This document shows positions 20,001-26,841 of a stretch of DNA of 64,000 bases, in pieces. The position numbers and the translations under genes are program-made. The notes under the pieces are model-generated. The model saw nothing but the letters and a program-made list of their open reading frames with translations. It was not told the DNA's origin and made no database searches. Where the stretch lies: assembly GCA_964607285.1 (NCBI GenBank), contig CAZSJW010000001.1:2514-66513 (forward strand), in the 5' to 3' direction. The stretch comes from an uncultured Pseudomonadales bacterium. Lineage in GTDB: Bacteria > Patescibacteriota > Microgenomatia > UBA1400 > PJMF01. Every line of letters begins with the position of its first letter. The stretch's first letter is position 1.

Positions 20001-20408
20001 CCAGGATTTAGTGTTCTGTTTGAGATTCAGCTGTTCTAGTGTTTGCGCAGTGAGGACGTATGCTCCAAGCACTCCGACTAGCAGCATGAGGTACATAAAT
20101 GCGTAGCGCAGGTACTGCAAAGGTATAAATAAACCAAGCACAGCTTGTGTTACAGCATGAAATAGTTGCGCAGAGTACCCATGCCCGCCAAGTAGTCCCA
20201 GTCCTTGGAAGCTTTGCCAGGCACCAGTTATTGAACGCTCAATGTTGAGTGCAGGGTTAAACTCACTGGCCATAGTATCCCAGCTGAGAAACCAGGTACC
20301 AAGTTCAGTATTAGTTAGGACAATTGCCAACCAGGCAACAAACACTACAACCACGCCCAAGTGTTTACTGAGCAAAGACTGGAATGAGCTTTTTAAGCCG
20401 TGCCACAT
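17022..20408 (-). CDS. 1128-aa polytopic membrane protein with a large extracytoplasmic region and C-terminal TM; GT-C-like glycosyltransferase candidate
   Basis: About 12 or more hydrophobic segments in the first ~480 aa, a long soluble region, and a final TM LLFIGIWILLVCSFLVATGLL. The architecture resembles large GT-C / DUF3367-type enzymes. Family assignment is not verified. Confidence 0.6.
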   Translation of the reverse strand: MWHGLKSSFQSLLSKHLGVVVVFVAWLAIVLTNTELGTWFLSWDTMASEFNPALNIERSITGAWQSFQGLGLLGGHGYSAQLFHAVTQAVLGLFIPLQYLRYAFMYLMLLVGVLGAYVLTAQTLEQLNLKQNTKSWAATIGALLYLLHPGTVQTFYVALEPFAVMYGVLPWVLWSFVGLLENRTTRKLVVFFLLNLYLSIIGFIPPLFITYGLFLGCAASTAFFIHPKRWETVRTSLLAVLIVLATNAYWLAPVAYFTATQGDHYLFAKLNQITTTEFIYTTRATGNLAEVSLLEGFLFDSYDQARFDSGSPLELILTPWKQHLESPVVRMIGYSIALLSLWGVGWGAVRLSKRSATATGLAIAAVCTFVLLLTDTWPLTYVSDAIRFVPILNQAFRIPYSKLSMSASLFLSLWAAVGISGLFELFSRRLTQQTIARARNTTGIVCVLCVLWLSWPSMQGHFLYQGARVKLPEEYTEVMEYFAKRPRYGRVAVFPIYTYTGWDMHSWMEHRGYTGSGFLWYGMHQPILGRSFDVWSPFNETYRLEMQRAVYNQDVDQLDRLLQKYNIAHVLLDDSVYLPNTNKEVFFVAELQAMLAMLPGVEKVGTLGSISLYQNKSVAVAPVSAVQSATYTTANSLYSRFDPSTLLTTDTITADETIPHTIYPFANLQQESIPITNTSNGPSFVAHETLSGQYELTFPPLTQGQYLSQTAKLAYSDAELKIAFSTPLRVLAGDTSIEFPTLPSVAVPLAVSPEALTIELNGQVIELKANSEQAVSLTGLRYGEEITINYFDTAIATPSATHILIESSDLHTATIPSAIWNELQLPTTSVRLDQDQPTLVLTTIASSNLLDSLHITKFASCTEFDRGSRNKTMTANSVLYENSGGATGCDSFIIPHANNQTPALLRITGKNHAGRNIRAYLENLATNRVDFEHVMTSKEFDMWVTVPDWKNQAISQYSLHFENRSYGTELAQNELNAISIQPMPASFEWLSQVALIPKNTQLYSTNLAVNTIKRWGTGTYWVELNGENGVMSLNESRNPGWRAYVWDGTSVWSALQSVLKHQQIKAEVTVNNWAQGWFIPEGVTTIIVIHDAQILLFIGIWILLVCSFLVATGLLQRQKTPKSNSPAT

Positions 20409-21720
20409 ACTGCCATTCTAGAGTGTTTCTGAGCGGGTTGGAAGTGTAGATGGTAGTGAGCTCTTCTTGCAGGCGCACTTCTGGTGATCGTTGCACAGCG
20501 AGGTCTTTAGCAAGGGCAGCAATTTTTCTGCGTACAGAAACTTTACCCAGTAGTCTGAGGTGCTCTACGAACGAGCGTTTGTTTCGCTTAAAGACCAACT
20601 TGTCTGTAGAGATTGCGTGTTTGGCTAGCAGCTCTTGGATATCACCACTCTGTAAATATGCACCTAAGTCTTTGGAAAGTATGAAGGGTACGCCGTAGGC
20701 AATACCTTCACCCCAGGATGCAGATGCACCAAGGATGCCACGGTATGGTAGTACTGCCATATCTGCAACAGCAAAGTAACGGCTGAGCTCTGCATCAGGA
20801 ATGAAGCCAGTCAGACGAATGTTTTTAGAGTGCACTGCAGCCTGACTGAGTGAGCGGTAGAACTGCTCATAGTGGGTTTTTCCCGTTTGGGATGGGGCTT
20901 TTCCCCCTGCCAAAATAAGATGCAGTTCTGCATCCCCCAACTGATCTGCAGCAATATCTCGAACTGCATTCACCAGCCAATCAACACCTTTGTATCGAGT
21001 CATGAAGCCGAAACAGACTAAGACTAAATCATTTGGTTTGAAACCCATTCTGGCTCTCCAGTAGCGGCGGCCCTTTAGATTTTTTGGGTACACCCAGAGA
21101 GGTGATACAACTAATTTTTGTTGTGCTACATATGGGGAGAGACGTTGGCGCATGCTGTCATCTAGACAAATAATTTGATCAAGACACATACCGAGTACTC
21201 GGTAGTACCAAGGCAAAAGTTTGGTTAGTGCCTGCATAGTTTTGCCAGTCTGCGAACGACCCAAGTGGCGAGCTAGAAAGCCAAAATTTGTGATCACATT
21301 ATGTGCAAAGTAACTGAGGAAGTATCCTGCACTTCTCAGAGCAAGATAAAAAGGAAGGGCAGCGGCCATCTGCAGCATGTTTCCACTGGTGTAAAACTCA
21401 GAGTGGATATGTAAATGTTTTGCTTTATTGAATAGTCTCAATGCTTGGGAGATCTGAAGGTACATTTTAGGAGACGCTGAAAAAACTGGCAGCACTAAGA
21501 CTCTGCCTCGCTCCAGAAGCTGTGGTTTGCGGTCATATTCCTGCTGAACTAAAACCACAAATCGCTGTTTTGTGCTGCGAGCGACAGTGCCAACAGTTTG
21601 CTGGGTGTACTTTGCTACACCATGATATGAGTGGGCAATGTTCTGGTAGGGGTACTTGGAAAGCACCAAGATCGTATCTGGCGAGTTGAATCGCGAAATG
21701 ATCTGTTTTGATAGTTTCAT
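20365..21720 (-). CDS. GT-B fold glycosyltransferase (family 1/4-like)
   Basis: C-terminal nucleotide-sugar-binding style block GFIPDAELSRYFAVADMAVLPYRGILGASASWGEGIAYGVPFILS. 44-nt overlap with the downstream membrane-protein gene. Confidence 0.7.
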   Translation of the reverse strand: MKLSKQIISRFNSPDTILVLSKYPYQNIAHSYHGVAKYTQQTVGTVARSTKQRFVVLVQQEYDRKPQLLERGRVLVLPVFSASPKMYLQISQALRLFNKAKHLHIHSEFYTSGNMLQMAAALPFYLALRSAGYFLSYFAHNVITNFGFLARHLGRSQTGKTMQALTKLLPWYYRVLGMCLDQIICLDDSMRQRLSPYVAQQKLVVSPLWVYPKNLKGRRYWRARMGFKPNDLVLVCFGFMTRYKGVDWLVNAVRDIAADQLGDAELHLILAGGKAPSQTGKTHYEQFYRSLSQAAVHSKNIRLTGFIPDAELSRYFAVADMAVLPYRGILGASASWGEGIAYGVPFILSKDLGAYLQSGDIQELLAKHAISTDKLVFKRNKRSFVEHLRLLGKVSVRRKIAALAKDLAVQRSPEVRLQEELTTIYTSNPLRNTLEWQYVARLKKLIPVFAQ

Positions 21721-21782
21721 GAAGACCTATAATATAACAAAATGGGGGAAAAGTCAAGGAAATTGGCTTGAAATGACTAGCT

Positions 21783-23432
21783 TCAGTCGTCTAACGAATA
21801 TGCTGCGAAAACATCTGTATAGACTGGTGATAGGTTGCCTTTAGGGTCGACAATCCAGAAGCCTCTACATTGATTTGCCTCTGGTTCAGGAACGGAGCAT
21901 TCGTTATCGAGGAGCTGCCAGTAGAAAACAAATGCCGCATGTGCTGCAAGAGCAGCAGCTGTGGCCTCTCTAACTAACTTTTTTGCGTCCTCGGGTGTGT
22001 AAGAACCTGGTCCATGAGGGACGCCTAGTTCACTGATAAACACCTTGGAGTGAGGAAAAGTTACTTGCAAGTACTCGAATGCACGGCTGAAGGCAGTTAA
22101 TCCCGCCTCAAGAATGGTGTCATAAGCAGAGTATCCGATATAGTCTGGTGTAAAGTCGAGTTGTGGAATAACTGCAGTGGCTGCTCTAACCTTCTCATAC
22201 CGAGCATCTTGCACACGGTTCACCTCAACTGAATGAGTAAGTTGTAACTGGGTGTTTGGATTCTGTGACTTGGCATCAGCGATAGCACGATGAATTGTGT
22301 TGAGATACTTGATGGCATTAGCGACTGCAAGCTCTGAAGCATCAAGCTCTCTTGCTGCCCAACCACCCTGAGCCTCAAGCATGTGCCAATCAAGTTCGTT
22401 AGGCGTCTGGATAATTATTTCTTTATCTAGATGACCATAGTTTCTTAGTAAATGTGAGACGAAGTCAAAAAACTCATTGTATGTGGACTGTAATTGCTGT
22501 TCAGTCAGGGGCTGATGAGAAATATTCCAAGCTGTGGCTGATTCTGGTAGTCCTGCTTCGGTAGTCACTACTAGGTGTTTTAGTTGGGGATGTTGGAATA
22601 CCCAGCCGAACTCAGAGGACTGAGCTACATCGAGAATAGTAACGCGCTCTGGGTCACTTGGACAAAAGCCAGTGAATTGATACACCCCATGTGGGTAGCG
22701 CGTCTTGTCAGGATGAGTGCCACAAATTACTCTGGGAGAAATTTCAACCTCTAGGGAAGAAAAGCCAAGCTGTGTAGCCATTTCTACCCCATCTGCGAGA
22801 AACTCTCTGCCAGTTTGTGGGTAAAGACCTGCAATGTGTGATACACCGATGCGCTCGTCTAGGTGCACAAGCTGTGGCTGAACTTCGCGAGTAAACTCGG
22901 CATCTGGTGAGTTGGTAGTTGGTGTTGCTTCGGGATCATGTGCGGTTGCAGGAGTGACTTGAGGTATGGGGGCACCTTCCTTCTTGCGCAGGCAAGCACT
23001 CAGTCCTAATAGCAGCATGCTAACGGTACAGGCAGATGTTTGTGTCAGGAAACGGCGTCTGGAGCGAGCCAGGAGCTTTTTGCGTTCTAAGATTTTTTGT
23101 TGCAGGGTAAGGCGATGTTGAATGGTGAGCAACATACTCCGTTCTACGGGTGTGTACTTTTTGGTTGCTTGGTTTGCAGAGTAAAGCTGCTCTTGAAGGT
23201 AAGATTGCAACAGTTCAAGTACCGAATAGTATTGATCTTTGTTAGCACTCGCGAGCCCGTCGGGAGTGATTGGCAAAAGTTGCTTGGCGCAGTTTATGAC
23301 ATCGGGAAATGAGAGCTTGCCGCTGGAAAGTTTTTGTAAGCTTTGGGGTAAGGTGTTGTTTTTAGCCGTTTCGGGGTGAGGCAGCTCTCGAGGCTGTTGG
23401 ACTGATTGTTCGGTATTTGTATAAAGAACCAT
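21783..23432 (-). CDS. Clan GH-A (GH5-like) glycoside hydrolase candidate with internal Tat-like/lipobox segment
   Basis: Beta-strand + NE (IIIQTPNELDW) and beta-strand + E (KVFISELGVPHG) about 125 aa apart, as for the acid/base and nucleophile of (beta/alpha)8 GH-A enzymes. SRRRFL followed by LLLGLSAC at residues 124-147. Alternative start ATG at 23135. Confidence 0.55.
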   Translation of the reverse strand: MVLYTNTEQSVQQPRELPHPETAKNNTLPQSLQKLSSGKLSFPDVINCAKQLLPITPDGLASANKDQYYSVLELLQSYLQEQLYSANQATKKYTPVERSMLLTIQHRLTLQQKILERKKLLARSRRRFLTQTSACTVSMLLLGLSACLRKKEGAPIPQVTPATAHDPEATPTTNSPDAEFTREVQPQLVHLDERIGVSHIAGLYPQTGREFLADGVEMATQLGFSSLEVEISPRVICGTHPDKTRYPHGVYQFTGFCPSDPERVTILDVAQSSEFGWVFQHPQLKHLVVTTEAGLPESATAWNISHQPLTEQQLQSTYNEFFDFVSHLLRNYGHLDKEIIIQTPNELDWHMLEAQGGWAARELDASELAVANAIKYLNTIHRAIADAKSQNPNTQLQLTHSVEVNRVQDARYEKVRAATAVIPQLDFTPDYIGYSAYDTILEAGLTAFSRAFEYLQVTFPHSKVFISELGVPHGPGSYTPEDAKKLVREATAAALAAHAAFVFYWQLLDNECSVPEPEANQCRGFWIVDPKGNLSPVYTDVFAAYSLDD

Positions 23433-23508
23433 GGTGTGGCTGATTATACGGTAAGGTAGTGGGTGTTTGCTGGGTTAGTTTGGTGCATGGAAGAGACTGA
23501 CTTGATAC

Positions 23509-23538
23509 AAAAAGCCCCTCTTGGGGGAGGGGCTTTTC
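23509..23538 (-). terminator. Intrinsic terminator downstream of 23563..24132
   Basis: Stem AGCCCCTC/GAGGGGCT flanked by an A-run on + (a U-run on the - strand). Confidence 0.7.
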
Positions 23539-23562
23539 GATGATTGTTGGTTTTGGGTGGGG

Positions 23563-24132
23563 TTAGGAGGACGGCTCGAACCAGAAGGTGGCACCTGTGT
23601 CCCACCCTCTCGCATAGTAGTCGTTGTAAGCCAGTTGCCAGCTAGGGTGAGTGTTTAGCTCACCTCCAACATCCACAACATGGTTTCCGCTGACATTCGG
23701 ACACGGATTTTCGTTCGGAATTTCTGAGTGAGGAGGCACTGGCCAAGCCACGCCACCTGTGCAGTATCCCGCGGGGGGTTGCATGGGGCCTGAAAACAGT
23801 ATCGGGAGAAAAATCACATTTGTGCCTCCCTGCATAGGCTCGAACCAGAAGGTGGCACCTGTGTCCCACCCTCTCGCATAGTAGTCGTTGTAAGCCAGTT
23901 GCCAGCTAGGGTGAGTGTTTAGCTCACCTCCAACATCCACAACATGGTTTCCGCTGACATTCGGACACGGATTTTCGTTCGGAATTTCTGAGTGAGGAGG
24001 CACTGGCCAAGCCACGCCACCTGTGCAGTATCCCGCGGGGGGGGTCACTGTTCCGCCCTGCCCATGCACAACAAGGGCAGTCAGCAGTGAAAAGAAAAAA
24101 ACAAGCATAGTCATTGTCAACTTGCGTTCCAT
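23563..24132 (-). CDS. Secreted protein consisting of a perfectly duplicated ~69-aa module
   Basis: Signal peptide MTMLVFFFSLLTALVVHG. The module PPAGYCTGGVAWPVPPHSEIPNENPCPNVSGNHVVDVGGELNTHPSWQLAYNDYYARGWDTGATFWFEP occurs twice. SD GGAGG upstream. Looks GC-richer than its surroundings. Confidence 0.85.
   Translation of the reverse strand: MERKLTMTMLVFFFSLLTALVVHGQGGTVTPPAGYCTGGVAWPVPPHSEIPNENPCPNVSGNHVVDVGGELNTHPSWQLAYNDYYARGWDTGATFWFEPMQGGTNVIFLPILFSGPMQPPAGYCTGGVAWPVPPHSEIPNENPCPNVSGNHVVDVGGELNTHPSWQLAYNDYYARGWDTGATFWFEPSS
23573..24042. repeat. Tandem direct repeat, period 264 bp, with 206 bp identical in both copies
   Basis: 23573..23778 is identical base for base to 23837..24042 (compared by eye). 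The copies end in G6 (23773..23778) and G8 (24037..24044) runs. Confidence 0.9.
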
Positions 24133-24417
24133 TCGTATCTACCTCCACTTACACCAGCCATCCCAATCCCCGAAGTGGGGCGGGTAGGCGTGGCGATCGA
24201 GCACTTTTCCAGAGAAAAGAACCCCATCACCACGCCCGAGGCGTGCGTTTGCGGGAGGTGCAACCATAGGAACGAGCCATAGGCAGCACAACTAATTCGA
24301 GTCGCAATATACCACTTGTTAACGAACAATCATCGAGAACTGGAGCGGAATGGTTCAGCAGGCAGCAATTGCCTGGAAACAGTCACGCGCCAGGGTGCCA
24401 ATCACTTGGCAGCGTGT

Positions 24418-24446
24418 ATTATACCCCTATAGACTTATAACGTCAA
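24418..24446 (-). promoter_or_regulatory. Sigma70-type promoter TTGACG-17-TATAAT driving the 23563..24132 gene through a ~280-nt leader
   Basis: On the - strand: TTGACG (24446..24441), 17-nt spacer, TATAAT (24423..24418). Confidence 0.6.
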
Positions 24447-24469
24447 TATTATAGGTTCATACATGCAGT

Positions 24470-24498
24470 TTGACTCCAGGCTAAATATGATGTAAAAT
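24470..24498 (+). promoter_or_regulatory. Sigma70-type promoter TTGACT-17-TAAAAT for 24528..24791
   Basis: TTGACT at 24470..24475, 17-nt spacer, TAAAAT at 24493..24498. SD GGAG about 7 nt before the ATG. Confidence 0.5.
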
Positions 24499-24527
24499 AA
24501 CCAAATAAGTATTGAAATGGAGATTAT

Positions 24528-24791
24528 ATGAAAATTGAAACTATGTCCACACCACTCGCTGCTTTATTTGTAGCTGTAGCTATCGCTGCAACCGCAGGTT
24601 TAGCTTACACTGCTGCTCAACAGCAGATGCGAAACCAAGCTGTGGAGAGTTGTTTCCGCGCTGGTATGGTGGAGTCTGTCCGCGAAGGCGAAGGAGAGAC
24701 TAAAGAGCTAAAAATCACTGAGCCAGTTCGTGAAATCTACACATACTGCTTGCAAGACAAGGGGTATACCTCTGTCATTCAGGGTAAGTAG
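24528..24791 (+). CDS. Small membrane-anchored/secreted protein
   Basis: 87 aa. N-terminal hydrophobic segment PLAALFVAVAIAATAGLAY, two Cys, own promoter and SD. Confidence 0.65.
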   Translation: MKIETMSTPLAALFVAVAIAATAGLAYTAAQQQMRNQAVESCFRAGMVESVREGEGETKELKITEPVREIYTYCLQDKGYTSVIQGK

Positions 24792-25708
24792 GTATCCCTG
24801 GGATCTAAAGTCGGATCAGTTTTTTCTAACACCACACTGAAGGGTGATGTCCCGCTGTAGTGTTTTGCGTCCATCATGGCGTATGCTTCTAGTTCGTACC
24901 CAGTAGTTAGATCCATAATTTGCTCGTACAGGGTATTAAATTTGCCTCGGAGGTATCTTAGTGGTAAAGCTAGAACCAAACTGATTGAGATTGCCCCTAA
25001 AGCCGAGGGGTTTGTAAGTGCTTGCTCAGCGATGGCAAAACCTGAGATAAATGCAGCTCCCGTGAAAGCCGCAAAGGTTTTGAGACGAAACTCTAAAATT
25101 CTACGATGAGCCTGTTTCATTTCTTTTGTTGGCCCTTTGACCCTTTGTATTAGATGTTGCCGTTCATGTCTCCACATTGCATCGAGAAGTTGTCGGAAAT
25201 ATTGGGGTTTATATTCCTCTGGTAAGTTTCTAGGAAAAAATAGTCGGTGTGTATGAGGCGTCCCTTTGGTAAACAGTGAATACAGAGATAGAATGTCAAA
25301 CTGCATTTTTGGTTCTGTTAGTAGCAACCGGTGATTCAATTTATCAACTTGATCTGCTGCAGACATTAGTATTGGTACGTCCAACTTTAGAATCTGGTTT
25401 GCGTGTTCAGTATCATTGGACATCACACCAGCTTTAATGCTGCGCACTAGCTCGGATTGATTTGTTTGGCTGCTAATGATCGGTACAAAGGTGTCCGAAA
25501 TCCGTTCCGCTTCAGCCTCTGATAGACCTTGTCGAATTGCTTCTGCTTTGAGGTCTGCTCTCATGCGTGCAGTATCGATTCTGATAATTGCATGTGCTTC
25601 GGAAATCTGTATACCAATCTCGTATACTCGATCCTTCAGGAGCTCAGTCACTTGCTTTTCAGAGATGTGTCGTTGTGTTGAGCCCTCACTTGGATTTTTT
25701 TCTGACAT
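24779..25708 (-). CDS. HExxH-motif membrane protein (intact paralog)
   Basis: 309 aa. Soluble N-domain, conserved LDAMWRHERQHL (HExxH), two hydrophobic segments, then ELEAYAMMDAKHY. Paralogous over its full length to 25748..26724. Confidence 0.8.
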   Translation of the reverse strand: MSEKNPSEGSTQRHISEKQVTELLKDRVYEIGIQISEAHAIIRIDTARMRADLKAEAIRQGLSEAEAERISDTFVPIISSQTNQSELVRSIKAGVMSNDTEHANQILKLDVPILMSAADQVDKLNHRLLLTEPKMQFDILSLYSLFTKGTPHTHRLFFPRNLPEEYKPQYFRQLLDAMWRHERQHLIQRVKGPTKEMKQAHRRILEFRLKTFAAFTGAAFISGFAIAEQALTNPSALGAISISLVLALPLRYLRGKFNTLYEQIMDLTTGYELEAYAMMDAKHYSGTSPFSVVLEKTDPTLDPRDTYLP

Positions 25709-25747
25709 ACTACAATGAGTATACAGGAAACCGTGGTAGTTAGAACT

Positions 25748-26724
25748 TTAACTAAAGTATTTTTTGTGAGGATCCATGTTCGGATCAGCTTTTTCAAGCC
25801 GAACAGTGAATGGTGAGTTGGCTCTGTGGTGTTCTGCAGTCATCATGGCGTAGGCCTCAATTTCTTCGTTACTTAGCAAGTTTAGCGCTCTGTCACTAAT
25901 CATACTCACAAGTATGCTAACTGGCATAGCTAGTCCAATTGAGACGTTTACACTTGGAGGTAGCTGAAGATTCAGCAAAGACAATCCAGTAGAAGCCCAA
26001 GAAAGAAACAAAGCACCTTTAAAGACGGAGCGCATTAGGTTAGCAATTTTACGATGTCTAATATGTGAATCTGTGATTCCCTTATCCTTCTCTGGCTTTA
26101 AGTATTGCACTAAATGCTCACGCTCGTGTCGCCACATCGCATCCAGTGCTTGCTTGATGTACTGAGTTTTCATTTCTGGAGGCAGCGTATCTTTGGGAAA
26201 AACCACACGAACAGAACTTAGTGCATGTTTGCTAAATAAGGAGTGTATGCTGATGATATCAGGACTTACTTTAGCCGAGCGTAGTTGAAATCGATGATTG
26301 AAACGAGTCTCTTTTCAAATGTTTCGAGTATCCCTTCCCAGTCAAATCCGAGCATTGAGCCAAGCTCAGCAACTTTTCTTACGAATGTCCCTTGGTCTTG
26401 CTCATTTTTTCCAGGTCTTCGTCTTTGATTAAAAAGTACAATATTGTCTCTACCAATTATTGGGAAAAAAAGTTTTGCTGCTAGTTCTGCCCTGGGCTCA
26501 GAAACCCCTTGCTGTATAGCATACTCGTAGAGATCCTGGCGCATCTTACCTGTATCTACTGAAATAGTTGCGATGTCATCATCAAAGGGTTGGATAAGCT
26601 CATACACTTGATCTTCACCCAGTTCCAGTAGTTCCTCATCTGTGATTTCCTGAGGTCTGACAGGAGCGATATCTAAAGTATTTGGATGTAAAGTATCTGT
26701 AGAATGTGTCTCATCGTAGTTCAT
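25748..26724 (-). pseudogene. Frameshifted paralog of 24779..25708 (tracked as two ORFs, 26266..26724 and 25748..26206)
   Basis: The N-ORF aligns to the N-half of the intact paralog and the C-ORF to the C-half (LDAMWRHEREHL, EIEAYAMMTAEHH). C-frame homology continues upstream of its ATG (NHRFQLRSAKVSPDIISIHSLF vs NHRLLLTEPKMQFDILSLYSLF). The frames switch near GAAAAG (26311..26316). Confidence 0.7.
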
Positions 26725-26841
26725 AGTTGTTTATCCCTATTGTTTGGGAACTATCCAGATACCAGCGTAGCATACGCAACAGAGCTTGAGAAGCCAACAC
26801 TGACTTGCGGAAACGGTGATAAATCAGCATACTGTGAGCAG

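Noticed and set aside
23573-24042. The tandem repeat as a possible CRISPR array or a DGR template/variable repeat pair.
   Set aside because: There are only two copies with a 264-bp period, inside a CDS, with no spacer-repeat architecture. The copies are identical (no adenine-specific differences), and no reverse transcriptase or cas genes are in the window.
24117-24329. 70-aa minus-strand ORF inside the long leader.
   Set aside because: It overlaps the downstream gene's start region, has odd composition, and has no SD. The interval is better explained as structured non-coding leader.
26704-26841. 5' extension of the 714-aa membrane-protein ORF (tracked start 26704).
   Set aside because: It overlaps the start of the divergent gene at 26724 and encodes an implausible Cys-rich peptide. 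The ATG at 26842 (MPKSVPQLL..) directly precedes the first TM segment.
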